From Christensenellaceae bacterium (GTDB taxonomy: Bacteria; Bacillota; Clostridia; Christensenellales; UBA1242): DNA of 64,000 bases. The DNA lies in NCBI GenBank assembly GCA_031260975.1, contig JAISKJ010000003.1, positions 229,758 to 293,757 on the forward strand, written 5' to 3'. Each line of letters opens with the position of its first letter. Positions within the stretch are counted from its first letter, which is position 1. The translations under genes and the position numbers were made by a program. The notes under the pieces were generated by a model, which saw nothing but the letters and a program-made list of their open reading frames with translations, did no database searches and had not been told where the DNA came from. Of this stretch, positions 9,018-18,542 are shown piece by piece.

Positions 9018-10370
9018 ATGATACATGAATATAAACTAAACGGCAAAAATATTGTGATAGACTGCGGCAGCGGGAGTATCCATTGTATGGATGATTTGGC
9101 GTTTGACATAACCACTGAATATGAAAGAGCTGACAGAAAGAAGCTTTTAGAAAAGATACAGAAACTGTACCCGAAAGTTAGTGAAAAAGATATACTTAAT
9201 GCCATAAGTGAAATTGATGAGCTTAAAAGCCGGGACCTTCTTTTTGTACCTGACCCCCTGTGCAACGGCTGTATGGACTTGACAAATATGAAAAAGGATA
9301 TCAAATCTTTATGTTTGCATGTTTCACATACTTGTAACCTTAATTGCAGTTATTGTTTTGCCGCAGGTGGAAAATATCACGGAGCGGATGCCCTTATGAG
9401 TTTTGACACAGCCAAGGCAGCGATAGATTTTTTGATAAAAAACAGTGGCAGCAAAAAGCTTTTGGATGTTGACTTTTTCGGCGGCGAGCCGCTTATAAAT
9501 TTGGGAGTTGTAAAAGACACCATAAAATATGCCAGAACTCTTGAGAAAAAATATAATAAGGAATTTAGGTTTACTATCACCACAAACGGTATGCTCATTA
9601 ATGACGATTTCATAGATTTTTGCAATAAGGAAATCTATACGCTTGTGCTCAGTCTTGACGGTAGGAAGACAGTCCATGACCGTTTCAGAAGGACACTTGG
9701 GGACACCGGCAGTTATGATATTGTGGTGTCAAAATTTAAAAAGCTGGTGGAAAAGAGAGGCGGCAAGGGATATTATATAAGAGGTACATTCACACATAGC
9801 AACACAGATTTTGCAAGTGATATTTTGCATATGTTTGATTTGGGCTTTAATGAAATCAGTATGGAACCTGTGGTGAGCTCCCCAAAAACACCGTATGCTT
9901 TGACCGACGAGGACTTGCCCAAGATAAAGCAGCAATATGAAATTTTGGCAAATAAAATTTTGGAACTGAAACAGCAGAATAAAATTCTTAATTTTTATCA
10001 TTTAAACCTAAATCTGAATGACGGTCCGTGTATTTATAAGAGATTGTCCGGCTGCGGTGCGGGCAGCGAATATCTGGCAGTTACGCCGCAGGGGGAAATT
10101 TATCCTTGCCATCAGTTTGTAAGTGACCCCGAATATTGTCTTGGAAATGTATTTGACGGAATTAAAGACGCCCAAAAACAGCAACAGTTTAAGGGCTGCA
10201 ATATCAATGAGCGAACCGAGTGTAAGACGTGTTGGGCAAAGTTTTATTGTGGAGGCGGGTGTTTTGCAAATTCTTATCATGCCAAAGGAGATGTAAGTGC
10301 CGTTCATAGTTATAGCTGTGAGATATTCAAAAAGCGGCTGGAGTGTGCCATTATGATGCAGTGTGAATAA
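9018..10370 (+). CDS. scfB: SCIFF radical SAM/SPASM maturase (thioether-forming)
   Basis: CX3CX2C cluster CNLNCSYC. C-terminal SPASM cysteines are present (CIYKRLSGCGAG..., CKTCWAKFYCGGGC). It is adjacent to the SCIFF precursor. The start is set at ATG 9018 (SD AGGGAGAAAAG) rather than the track TTG at 8967. Confidence 0.9.
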   Translation: MIHEYKLNGKNIVIDCGSGSIHCMDDLAFDITTEYERADRKKLLEKIQKLYPKVSEKDILNAISEIDELKSRDLLFVPDPLCNGCMDLTNMKKDIKSLCLHVSHTCNLNCSYCFAAGGKYHGADALMSFDTAKAAIDFLIKNSGSKKLLDVDFFGGEPLINLGVVKDTIKYARTLEKKYNKEFRFTITTNGMLINDDFIDFCNKEIYTLVLSLDGRKTVHDRFRRTLGDTGSYDIVVSKFKKLVEKRGGKGYYIRGTFTHSNTDFASDILHMFDLGFNEISMEPVVSSPKTPYALTDEDLPKIKQQYEILANKILELKQQNKILNFYHLNLNLNDGPCIYKRLSGCGAGSEYLAVTPQGEIYPCHQFVSDPEYCLGNVFDGIKDAQKQQQFKGCNINERTECKTCWAKFYCGGGCFANSYHAKGDVSAVHSYSCEIFKKRLECAIMMQCE

Positions 10371-10422
10371 TATGCATTAATATATGCACATATAATAATC
10401 TGAGCGGAATTGTTGTGTTAAA

Positions 10423-10459
10423 AGCACGGAGGGATATAAAATATCCTCTGTGCTTTTTG
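10423..10459 (+). terminator. Intrinsic terminator after scfB
   Basis: AGCACGGAGGGATAT-aaa-ATATCCTCTGTGCT followed by TTTTT. Confidence 0.7.
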
Positions 10460-10460
10460 G

Positions 10461-10570
10461 TTGACAAACACGGCGAATTGTGATATATTTGGTCTATCAC
10501 CGCATAAGAAAGGTTTTAAAGACTTGGGTCACCTTTGCTTAGCGAGTCCGTAAAATAGGAGGAAGAGAAA
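10461..10570 (+). promoter_or_regulatory. rplU promoter plus ~80-nt structured leader (possible L21 leader)
   Basis: TTGACA (10461-10466), 17-nt spacer, TATATT (10484-10489). The leader contains AAAGGT...ACCTTT pairing. An L21 autoregulatory leader is known upstream of rplU in Firmicutes, but I cannot verify the consensus by eye. Confidence 0.35.
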
Positions 10571-10876
10571 ATGTTTGCAATAATTCAGACCGGAGGCAAG
10601 CAGTATAAAGTTGAAGTAGGCCAGAGTATTGATATCGAAAAGCTTGAATGTCAGGTTGGCGACAAGCTCAAGTTTGATGTGCTTTTGATTAGCGACGGCG
10701 ACAAGATCAGAACCGGCACACCCACACTCAAGGATGCAGTATGCGAAGCTGAAGTTGTGGCTCAGGGCAAGGCTGACAAGATAATTGTTTATAAGTATAA
10801 AGCCAAAAAGAACGAACGCAAAAAACAGGGACACCGTCAGCCCTTTACTCGCGTGAAAATTGTTAGTATAAAATAA
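10571..10876 (+). CDS. rplU: 50S ribosomal protein L21
   Basis: MFAIIQTGGKQYKV... is a typical L21 N-terminus. 101 aa, strong SD. Confidence 0.95.
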   Translation: MFAIIQTGGKQYKVEVGQSIDIEKLECQVGDKLKFDVLLISDGDKIRTGTPTLKDAVCEAEVVAQGKADKIIVYKYKAKKNERKKQGHRQPFTRVKIVSIK

Positions 10877-10901
10877 GCGAAAGTCTCAGCGAGGCAAAGA
10901 T

Positions 10902-11225
10902 ATGACTAAGATAAAAATAACAAAAAAAGACGGTCACATAATATTTTTGGAGTGTGACGGTCACACAGGTTATGGCGTAGAAGGCGAGGACATAGTTTGC
11001 AGTGCTCTTTCAAGCATTGTGCAGACAGCAGTACTTGGTATTGTAGGAGTTGCTGGTATCAACGCCACACTAAAACGTAAGGAAGGCTTTTTGAGCCTTA
11101 AAATCCCTTTTGATATAACCCCAGAACAAAAGCATGATGCTGATATAATTTTAAATACCATGCTTTGCGGAGTTCAGGATTTATACGAAGGATATTCAGA
11201 TTTTATAGAATTGGAGGTGAAATGA
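10902..11225 (+). CDS. prp: Ribosomal-processing cysteine protease Prp (YsxB-like)
   Basis: DGHTGYG...DIVCSALS motif. Positioned between rplU and rpmA as in Firmicutes. Confidence 0.85.
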   Translation: MTKIKITKKDGHIIFLECDGHTGYGVEGEDIVCSALSSIVQTAVLGIVGVAGINATLKRKEGFLSLKIPFDITPEQKHDADIILNTMLCGVQDLYEGYSDFIELEVK

Positions 11226-11226
11226 T

Positions 11227-11496
11227 ATGTTTATAAAAATTCAGCTGTTTGCCCACAAAAAAGGCGGAGGCAGCAGCCGTAATGGCAGAGACAGTGAAAG
11301 CAAGCGTTTGGGAGTAAAGACAGGCGACGGCACTCTTGTCAAAGCCGGAAATATTTTGGTGCGCCAGCGCGGCACAAAAATGAAGGCCGGAGCAAACGTT
11401 GGGGTAGGCAGAGACCACACCTTGTTTGCGCTTAAAGACGGCGTTGTGAAGTTTGAGACTAAGGACGGCGGCCGCAAATTTGTATCAATAAAATGA
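11227..11496 (+). CDS. rpmA: 50S ribosomal protein L27 with Prp-cleaved N-terminal extension
   Basis: [31 protein letters not shown]. The propeptide ends in F-A and the mature start is AHKKG. Confidence 0.95.
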   Translation: MFIKIQLFAHKKGGGSSRNGRDSESKRLGVKTGDGTLVKAGNILVRQRGTKMKAGANVGVGRDHTLFALKDGVVKFETKDGGRKFVSIK

Positions 11497-11515
11497 TGCT
11501 ATACTTGTCACGTTC

Positions 11516-11596
11516 TAGAGGTAGCAGTTGTGTCCGCTGTGTAGTCATGTATCTTTGTATACACACCCTACACATCGTCCACAACTGCTACCTCTA
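11516..11596 (+). other. Long imperfect hairpin downstream of rpmA (terminator-like but no T-run)
   Basis: A 17-bp perfect stem TAGAGGTAGCAGTTGTG / CACAACTGCTACCTCTA, a 5x5 internal loop, a 7-bp stem TGTGTAG/CTACACA, then a 5-bp apical stem. Confidence 0.45.
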
Positions 11597-11726
11597 TTAT
11601 ATGGCAATTATATCGTCATTTTTTCTTTTAACAAGTATTCATTAATGAATATCTTGATATGATTTGAGGCTTTTAGCCTCTTTTTTAATTCCGTGGGAAT
11701 TTCTGGAGTATAGCTAGAGATTTTTC

Positions 11727-11756
11727 TTGCCTGAATGGCAAAAGAAGTGATATAAT
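11727..11756 (+). promoter_or_regulatory. Putative mreB promoter
   Basis: TTGCCT (11727-11732), 18-nt spacer, extended -10 TGaTATAAT (11748-11756). Confidence 0.5.
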
Positions 11757-11764
11757 ATTCATAT

Positions 11765-12790
11765 ATGGGGGTGAAGGGTTTGGCGGCTATAGAAATTGCG
11801 ATAGATTTGGGTAGTAGCTTTACTACGATATATAAAAAAGGCAGCGGTATAGTGCTCAAAGAGCCCAGCGTTGTTTGTATTCAGGCGGGCGGCAAAAATC
11901 TGAAAGTTATAGAGGTGGGACTTAAAGCCAAAAAGATGCAGGGGCGCACGGGCGAAAATCTGGTGATTGTAAGCCCCATATGTGAAGGCATCGTAAAAAA
12001 CATGGAGCTGGCTGTTGTTATGCTCAAAAGCTTTATTCAGAAGATTGTGCCGGCGTCTTTAGTTAAGTCTAAGATCAGTGCGCTTGTTTGCGTGCCTTGC
12101 GGTGTTACAGATGAAGAACTTAAGGACCTTGAAAAGGTTATATATTTGTCGGGTATAGGCAAGCTGCAGTTTGTACCTTCGGTCATAGCTTCTGCAATGG
12201 GGGACAGACTGAAAACTTCTTCACCTAGGGGATATGTCGTTGTAAACATAGGCGGCGGCACTACTGAAGTGGCAGTAATCAGCCTTAATACAATCTTAAA
12301 TGCGTGCAGCATCGGGATTGGCGGCAAACTGATGGATATATCGGTGAGCGAATATATAAAAGATCATTATAATATTTTGATAAGCGGCGCAACAGCTGAA
12401 AAGATACGAAAGGATATAGGCAGTCTTTATGACAGCGACAAAAGTAATATAGAGTTTAGCGGAGCCGATATCAGCAGCAGCAGGCCTGTTACAGATGTGA
12501 TTGGTGCAGGTGACGTTAAAACCGCGGTATGCTATTTTTATGACAGAATTGCCGAAGCGGTTCAAGTAACAATAAACTCCTGCAAGCCGGATATTATTGC
12601 CGATATCACTGACACAGGTATAATTGTGGCAGGTGGTGCAGCTTTGATAACAGGGCTGGAGCAATATTTTAAGAGTTGTCTTAATCTGCCGGTGACGCTG
12701 AGCGAGCAGCCTGAAAATGCAGTTATTTTGGGCGCTGCGGCACTTATTAATGACCAAAGACTTTTGCAAGCGGTGATTGATAATAATTAG
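11765..12790 (+). CDS. mreB: Rod-shape-determining actin homologue MreB/Mbl family
   Basis: IAIDLGSSFTTIYKKGSGIVLKEPSVV is a phosphate-1 motif of the actin/MreB fold. Length ~340 aa. The start is uncertain: ATG 11765 is 9 nt after the -10, and the in-frame TTG at 11780 follows a G-rich SD. Confidence 0.85.
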   Translation: MGVKGLAAIEIAIDLGSSFTTIYKKGSGIVLKEPSVVCIQAGGKNLKVIEVGLKAKKMQGRTGENLVIVSPICEGIVKNMELAVVMLKSFIQKIVPASLVKSKISALVCVPCGVTDEELKDLEKVIYLSGIGKLQFVPSVIASAMGDRLKTSSPRGYVVVNIGGGTTEVAVISLNTILNACSIGIGGKLMDISVSEYIKDHYNILISGATAEKIRKDIGSLYDSDKSNIEFSGADISSSRPVTDVIGAGDVKTAVCYFYDRIAEAVQVTINSCKPDIIADITDTGIIVAGGAALITGLEQYFKSCLNLPVTLSEQPENAVILGAAALINDQRLLQAVIDNN

Positions 12791-12841
12791 GCCTAAAGCA
12801 AATAATTAGTTTGTTTGTAACAATTTGTAGAAAATAAAAAC

Positions 12842-12869
12842 AAGGGGTGTTCGCCCCTTTATTTTTTTT
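12842..12869 (+). terminator. Intrinsic terminator after mreB
   Basis: AAGGGG-tgttcg-CCCCTT followed by a T8 run. Confidence 0.75.
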
Positions 12870-12907
12870 AAGTTTGTCTGTATAATATTTTTAAGGGAGA
12901 GAATTCT

Positions 12908-13693
12908 ATGGCGAGAAAGATTGTTATTACAAGCGGTAAAGGCGGTGTTGGCAAAACCACAATATGTGCCAATCTTGGCATGCATCTGGCTCAGATGGGG
13001 CTGAGGGTTGTTTTAATTGACGTGGACATTGGGCTTAATAATCTGGATGTGGTGATGAGCATAGAAAACAAGGTGGTGTTTGATATTGTGGACGTCATTG
13101 AAAATCGCTGCCGCGTGCGTCAGGCCCTGATACAAGATTTTTTGAATAGTAACTTATATACACTCCCCAGTGTTCACTCACACAGTGCAGTTTTGGTAAC
13201 AGGTGAGAATATCAAGAAGGTTATAGATAATCTTGCTACTTTTTTTGATTATATTCTTATAGACTGTCCGGCCGGCATTGACGCGCCGTTTATGAGGGCT
13301 ATCTTTGGAGCTCAGGAAGCTATTGTAGTGGTAACTCCGCACCTGCCGAGTTTGAGAGATGCTGACAAGGTGATTAATCTTTTATTAAGCCGCGGCATTA
13401 AGCATATCGGGCTTATTATTAACCGCGTGAGGGGCGACCTTATTATAGAAAAGGAAATTATGACGGTGACCGACATATCGCAGGCACTTAATCTGCCTCT
13501 TCTGGGGGTGATTCCGGAGGATGACAAGATGGCAGCGGGGCTCATCAGAACAAATTCGGCAGGTGCATTTAGAGCTATTAATATGTCGGCTAAAAATCTT
13601 CACAACAACACCGACAAAATTTATGACTGCACACTGCAGTTTAAAGGAATTTTTGGGGCAATTAAGCGGAGCCTGAAAAAGAATATTGGATGA
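12908..13693 (+). CDS. minD: Septum site-determining ATPase MinD
   Basis: Deviant Walker A in ITSGKGGVGKTT, 261 aa, followed by minE. Confidence 0.9.
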   Translation: MARKIVITSGKGGVGKTTICANLGMHLAQMGLRVVLIDVDIGLNNLDVVMSIENKVVFDIVDVIENRCRVRQALIQDFLNSNLYTLPSVHSHSAVLVTGENIKKVIDNLATFFDYILIDCPAGIDAPFMRAIFGAQEAIVVVTPHLPSLRDADKVINLLLSRGIKHIGLIINRVRGDLIIEKEIMTVTDISQALNLPLLGVIPEDDKMAAGLIRTNSAGAFRAINMSAKNLHNNTDKIYDCTLQFKGIFGAIKRSLKKNIG

Positions 13694-13940
13694 GGTGGAT
13701 ATGAAAAATGCCGGCAAAACAAAAAATAGATTGAAGCAGCTTTTGGTATGTGACAAAAAGGGGGTATCGCCGCGGCTGCTGGGAATTATAAAAAATGACG
13801 TTGAGGGAGTTTTGTGTAATTACGCTTTCTTAAAGCAGAACGAGACACATGTAAATTTTAATATAGCCGAAAACGGAGAGTATAACATTTGTATAACCGC
13901 TAAGGCCGGCAGAGTTAAGGATTTTGGGATTTATCACTAA
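13686..13940 (+). CDS. minE: Cell division topological specificity factor MinE
   Basis: TKNRLKQLLVCDKKGVSPRLLGIIKNDVEGVLCNY resembles the MinE pattern (KERLKLIL.HDR...SPE.L..IK.EIL.VI..Y). It overlaps the minD stop. The start could instead be ATG 13701. Confidence 0.7.
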   Translation: MDEVDMKNAGKTKNRLKQLLVCDKKGVSPRLLGIIKNDVEGVLCNYAFLKQNETHVNFNIAENGEYNICITAKAGRVKDFGIYH

Positions 13941-13971
13941 TATATTGTTTTTTAAAAACATAAATTAGATT

Positions 13972-14883
13972 ATGGGTAAAACAAGTATTGGGGCTCCGGA
14001 GCAGGTCCGTAAAAATTTTTCTCACCCGCAGATAAAAATATCGTTGGACTTATCGTTCTTGCTTTTTGCGCTACTACTGATATATCTGGGAAGTTTTATT
14101 TTGCTCCTTAACTATATAGCGGTGTTATTTTTGCATGAGTATGCCCATGCGTATGCTGCAAAACGGTTGGGGTATAGCGCAGGACATATAAAAGTTTCAG
14201 CTTTTGGTGTAAGGCTTAATATGAATAACTCCGTAATGCGTCACAGTGATGAAATAAAAATTGCGCTTGCAGGTCCGCTTATGAATATCATACTTGTGGT
14301 TATTTGTTTGGCTCTCTGGTGGGTATTTCCGGTAACATATCACTTTACAAATTTATTCTGTTTATGCAGCCTAATTACCGCCGCAGTCAATCTTATTCCC
14401 GCGCACCCATTAGATGGTGGAAGAGCTATTTCGTGTCTTTTAAGCCGTTTTGCAGGCCCCAGGCCGGCCGGCATAATTTGTGCGGTGCTGAATATTGTGA
14501 TTTCTCTTGGTCTTTTTGCCGTATTTTTTGTGACACTAAAATACGGACTTAATCTTACATATTTATTTATGGGGGCGTTTATTTTGGTATCAAGTATTAA
14601 TAAAAATCCGGGCAGAGGATTTGACTTTTTGAGGTATAAGAATCTTAAGCAAAAAAGCGGAACAAAGGTAAAAACAATTATAATTTCAAGTGATATGCCG
14701 CTTTTTAAAGTTCTGGGATTTGTCGTGGCCGGGAGCTTTTTGCATCTTTTAATAATGCACAACGGCGCTCTTTTGGGCGAGCTTTATGAAAGCGACTTGG
14801 AAAAGGTTTGTTCAGGTTATTCTCCAAACATTGCAATCGGTGAAGTGGACTTTAGAAATTTTGGTGTTAAAGGGCCAAAATAG
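13972..14883 (+). CDS. Site-2 (M50) intramembrane metalloprotease, SpoIVFB-like
   Basis: HExxH in LHEYAHAYAA and the NLIPAHPLDGGR motif, with multiple TM segments. Its position near minD and rplU-rpmA echoes the Bacillus spoIVF locus. Confidence 0.7.
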   Translation: MGKTSIGAPEQVRKNFSHPQIKISLDLSFLLFALLLIYLGSFILLLNYIAVLFLHEYAHAYAAKRLGYSAGHIKVSAFGVRLNMNNSVMRHSDEIKIALAGPLMNIILVVICLALWWVFPVTYHFTNLFCLCSLITAAVNLIPAHPLDGGRAISCLLSRFAGPRPAGIICAVLNIVISLGLFAVFFVTLKYGLNLTYLFMGAFILVSSINKNPGRGFDFLRYKNLKQKSGTKVKTIIISSDMPLFKVLGFVVAGSFLHLLIMHNGALLGELYESDLEKVCSGYSPNIAIGEVDFRNFGVKGPK

Positions 14884-15000
14884 CTATGAAAAACACAGAT
14901 TTTGTGCCAAACGTTTGGTTTTTGAACACAAGTGTGATATCATTACGAAGTAACAAGACTTTGATAAATTAAGCATTGTTTAGTTGGTGAGGATAAAAAT

Positions 15001-17319
15001 ATGAAGATACTTAAGAGTATGGAGGATTTTGAAAGCTATTTGAGGGAGGTGCTTGGTAGCGCTTTTAGTGATAGTTTAACTCAAGAATTGATTGAGTTTA
15101 TAGGTTTTGACAAGGGGGATAATAAAATCCTTAAAAAAGCGAAGGATGAACTTGACGGAGCACCGCTTCCTAATAAGCTTGCTGAATTTGGCGAGTGTAT
15201 TTTTCAGTTGCAAAACTATAAGGGTGTGCTTAAAAATTTTGTGGAGTTTTTGCTGAGCTGTGAGGCGTATGAAAATATATGTGCTTTTGTAAACAGGCTT
15301 TTTGTGCCGCATATCGGAAGTATGCATTATAAAAGCGTGGGAGAATATACCATTGAGCAGCGCTATTTTGATAGATTTGTTGAAATTATTCAGTATTGTG
15401 ATATTGACCGAAACCTGCTTATGCCTTTTTTTGTCAAGATTTTTGAATCAAGCGGCAAGAGTGTGTTGTTTAATTATAAGGCACCGCTCAGTGAGTATAT
15501 GAAAGTCTTTGCTAAAAACGGTGAGGAGGATATATTTAAATATTTTGATATAAGCAGGAGCTTGCAGGGAATTGATTACTTTTTGTCGATTGACAAATTC
15601 AGAACGATAAATGCGCTTATTGATGGGTTTATTTTGCAGCAGACTAATATGGCGGGTGAGATTAGGAGCTTTATTATACATCACAAGACCGAGGCATTGG
15701 AAATTTTGGAACGCAAGCTGCATGATCAGGACCCCAACCGTGCTTTGAGAGCGCTTATGCTACTCAGCACCTTTAAGGGCAGCGTTGAGGTGGACAGCCT
15801 TATTCTTAATATCTATCAAAACACAACAAATGCTAAAATAAAGACATTTATTCAAAAAGAGCTTAATTTTGAAAAGTCACAGAAGTTTTCATCCAAAGCC
15901 GAATTTTTTGATGAAGTCGAGAAAACAACAGACAAAGTTCAACAGCGGCTTTATGGGCTAAGGCTTACCAGATATTTTGAAGAAGAAAACATTAATAACG
16001 ATAAGGTTATGACCTATATTATGGAAAGCTTTAAAAGCCTTGAGAGTGAAGCGATGCTGAAATTTATGAGCGATAGGTTTAAGTTTGTGGACGAAAATAT
16101 CAAGCGGGCACTTGCGCGGATTGTATATAAAGTGGCAACTGAGAGGGATACACTTGAAAGCAGTAAGTGGGCACTGAGGCTTATTGCGGTGCTGGGCTCA
16201 AGCGATATGCTAAGTGAAATGTTAAACACAGTTGTAGGATTATATAAAGCAAACCAAAAGATAGCCGAATATTTTGTTCTCTGTGTAGTTTTGAGTTTGC
16301 GAAATGATGCTATCGGGTTTATTAAAAACTTGAAAGCTCGGCTTGGCGGCAAAGCACAAAAATATCTTGATAAAATGCTTGAGATATATTCTGTAAACTC
16401 AGGCCGAAACATAGAGGAAATTTTTGACGAGCTGGCGGATGACTTTGGGCTGAATATGGGGCAGCGTATATTTGATTTAGGCCGGCGGAAGCTCAAAATT
16501 GTTATCGTCAAAAACAAGGTTACGGCACTAAACGCCCAAACAAATAAAAGTGCCAGAATTTCGGCGGGGCTGATTGCTGAAGATATTAACCTAAAGGAAT
16601 ATATCACAAAGCTTCAAAAAGAGATTAACTTTCAAAATAAGCGCTTTTATCATACCTTTTTAAACAATCGAAAATATAGCAAACAGCAATTTATAAACCT
16701 CATTATTAACCACAATTTGCTGGGGGTTTTGGCAGAGGGTCTTCTTTGGGGAAAATATAAAAACGGCAGGCTTTATGAGACCTTTAAGCTGGTTGAGAAA
16801 AAGCTTTTGCACATAAGCGGAACTTATATTTTGGATAGCGAAGATTATTATATAGCACTAGTAAACCCGCTTGATATTGACGCGGAGCTTTTGAAAGACC
16901 AGATAGGGCACCTTAGTATAAATCAGTTGGGCTTCCCAAAATTTAGGGCCTCTGCGCCAAACGCTGTGTGGGTAGATAGCTTTGCGGGAATGTTTGTAAA
17001 CGCACATATGTTTATCACCCGCCTTCAAAAGCTGACCTATAAATTAAACGGACGCGTGGAGGATATGTATAACACAATGGTTAAGGCTAATAATAGCACC
17101 AATCTGCTGACTGAAGTGGAATTTGACAACATAAAGCTTGGTGGGGAAAAGAATTATACCACAACTATTTCAAAAATCAGGTTTTATAAGCTGGACACTT
17201 TGCTTAAAGACGGAAAGAATTATATCATTAACCGTGCCGAGGCACTGCCTATCGGCAGCATAGATGAGCATATTTTCAGCAACGAATTAGCTTTGATTTT
17301 TATGTCCGCACACAGGTGA
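15001..17319 (+). CDS. DUF4132-like protein (772 aa)
   Basis: The C-terminal third matches my recollection of the DUF4132 pattern: FDLGRRKLKIVI...(K-rich)...NHNLLGVLAEGLLWGKY...IALVNPLDIDAELL...INQLGFPKF. This was not verified by HMM. Confidence 0.55.
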   Translation: MKILKSMEDFESYLREVLGSAFSDSLTQELIEFIGFDKGDNKILKKAKDELDGAPLPNKLAEFGECIFQLQNYKGVLKNFVEFLLSCEAYENICAFVNRLFVPHIGSMHYKSVGEYTIEQRYFDRFVEIIQYCDIDRNLLMPFFVKIFESSGKSVLFNYKAPLSEYMKVFAKNGEEDIFKYFDISRSLQGIDYFLSIDKFRTINALIDGFILQQTNMAGEIRSFIIHHKTEALEILERKLHDQDPNRALRALMLLSTFKGSVEVDSLILNIYQNTTNAKIKTFIQKELNFEKSQKFSSKAEFFDEVEKTTDKVQQRLYGLRLTRYFEEENINNDKVMTYIMESFKSLESEAMLKFMSDRFKFVDENIKRALARIVYKVATERDTLESSKWALRLIAVLGSSDMLSEMLNTVVGLYKANQKIAEYFVLCVVLSLRNDAIGFIKNLKARLGGKAQKYLDKMLEIYSVNSGRNIEEIFDELADDFGLNMGQRIFDLGRRKLKIVIVKNKVTALNAQTNKSARISAGLIAEDINLKEYITKLQKEINFQNKRFYHTFLNNRKYSKQQFINLIINHNLLGVLAEGLLWGKYKNGRLYETFKLVEKKLLHISGTYILDSEDYYIALVNPLDIDAELLKDQIGHLSINQLGFPKFRASAPNAVWVDSFAGMFVNAHMFITRLQKLTYKLNGRVEDMYNTMVKANNSTNLLTEVEFDNIKLGGEKNYTTTISKIRFYKLDTLLKDGKNYIINRAEALPIGSIDEHIFSNELALIFMSAHR

Positions 17320-17323
17320 AGAT

Positions 17324-18019
17324 ATGGATATATATAATCCGAATGATTTAATAGAATATTTTGAAACAAACAAAAAGCCGGGACTTGGGGATTTTCATAG
17401 AAAGCTTATTCCTACCAAATATCATATAATTGGTGTGCCCAGCAAAATTGTGCATAATTTGTCTCGCCAAATTGCGACGGAATGTGATATTGAAAGATTT
17501 TTTGTGCTTGACAACAAAAGATATTTTGAGCTTGTCATGACAAAAGGTTTGGTTGTTGCGGTTTCAAAACTGCCGCCGTTAAAAAAACGGGAGCTTTTGA
17601 AGGAATTTATTCAATATATTGATAATTGGGCCATTAACGATGTTGTGTGCAGCAAAATTAATGTTAAAAAAGATTATGAAGGCTATTTTGATTTTTTTGT
17701 TAACCTGCTTGGCGGCGGGGCTTTTAGTGTAAGGTTTGGGTTGTGCGGGTTTTTAGAATATCTTGATGATAGTCATATAGACCAAGTTTTGAAGCTTGCG
17801 GGGGATATCAAAAGCCAAGAATATTATGTAAGAATGATGCAGGCTTGGCTTATATCGGATGCTTTTATTAAACAAAAAGAAAAAACTTTGAAGTTTTTAA
17901 AAAATAGTCCGCTTGACAGGTTCACTCACAACAAGGCTATTCAAAAAATCAGAGAGAGTCTTAGAGTAAGCTTGGAAGATAAAGAGATGCTGCTGACACT
18001 TAAAAAGAGTAATATATAA
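17324..18019 (+). CDS. DNA alkylation repair (AlkC/AlkD-like HEAT-repeat) family protein
   Basis: 231 aa all-helical protein with DNWAINDVVCS and typical family length. It starts 4 nt after the preceding gene. Confidence 0.55.
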   Translation: MDIYNPNDLIEYFETNKKPGLGDFHRKLIPTKYHIIGVPSKIVHNLSRQIATECDIERFFVLDNKRYFELVMTKGLVVAVSKLPPLKKRELLKEFIQYIDNWAINDVVCSKINVKKDYEGYFDFFVNLLGGGAFSVRFGLCGFLEYLDDSHIDQVLKLAGDIKSQEYYVRMMQAWLISDAFIKQKEKTLKFLKNSPLDRFTHNKAIQKIRESLRVSLEDKEMLLTLKKSNI

Positions 18020-18067
18020 ATATTTATTTAATTTAAAGAACAATAAAAAATAAGGAAGTATTTTTGC

Positions 18068-18529
18068 ATGGCAAGTAACGGAATAGCAGGAGAATTTTTT
18101 GTAGCGGCGGAGTTAACTAAACGCGGTATGATTGCCACGATTACAGGCAAGAATACAAAAGATATTGATGTTTTGGCAGCCAACCCCGAAACAGGTAAAA
18201 CGGTTCTTATTCAAGTTAAAGAAAAATCTTTAACCAATTCGTCCCATCAATGGAAAATGACAGGTGAAGTAAAAGAAAAACAAATCAAAATGGACATTTG
18301 GTATATATTTGTAGATTTAGCTGACTTCAAATGTTATATCATAAGTGCAAAAGAAATGTTCCCATTATTAAAGAAAAGACAGGATGATTGGAATAATGGC
18401 TATAGCAAAAGAACAGGCGAAAAACATAAGCCTGACCCCCATTTCTTTTTTGACCGAACATATGATTTGCTTGATAGTAATGGAAATCCTAAATGTAATA
18501 ATTGGGAGGATTTACCTATTTTTAAATGA
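18068..18529 (+). CDS. Hypothetical PD-(D/E)XK nuclease-fold protein (Hjc/endonuclease-like N-terminus)
   Basis: GIAGEFFVAAELTKRGMIATITGKNTKDIDVLA...VLIQVK fits the E...D...(E/Q)xK core arrangement. 153 aa. Confidence 0.45.
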   Translation: MASNGIAGEFFVAAELTKRGMIATITGKNTKDIDVLAANPETGKTVLIQVKEKSLTNSSHQWKMTGEVKEKQIKMDIWYIFVDLADFKCYIISAKEMFPLLKKRQDDWNNGYSKRTGEKHKPDPHFFFDRTYDLLDSNGNPKCNNWEDLPIFK

Positions 18530-18542
18530 TGTTCAAATAAAC

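Noticed and set aside
8822-9304. A 160-aa minus-strand ORF spanning the scfA-scfB spacer.
   Set aside because: It covers the structured GC-rich element and the 5' end of scfB in antisense. It has no SD and is not credible as a gene.
11608-11859. An 83-aa minus-strand ORF between rpmA and mreB.
   Set aside because: It overlaps the mreB promoter and start in antisense and has no signals.
16014-16607. A 197-aa minus-strand ORF.
   Set aside because: It is antisense to the DUF4132-like gene. It is Ser/Leu/Ile-rich and low in complexity.
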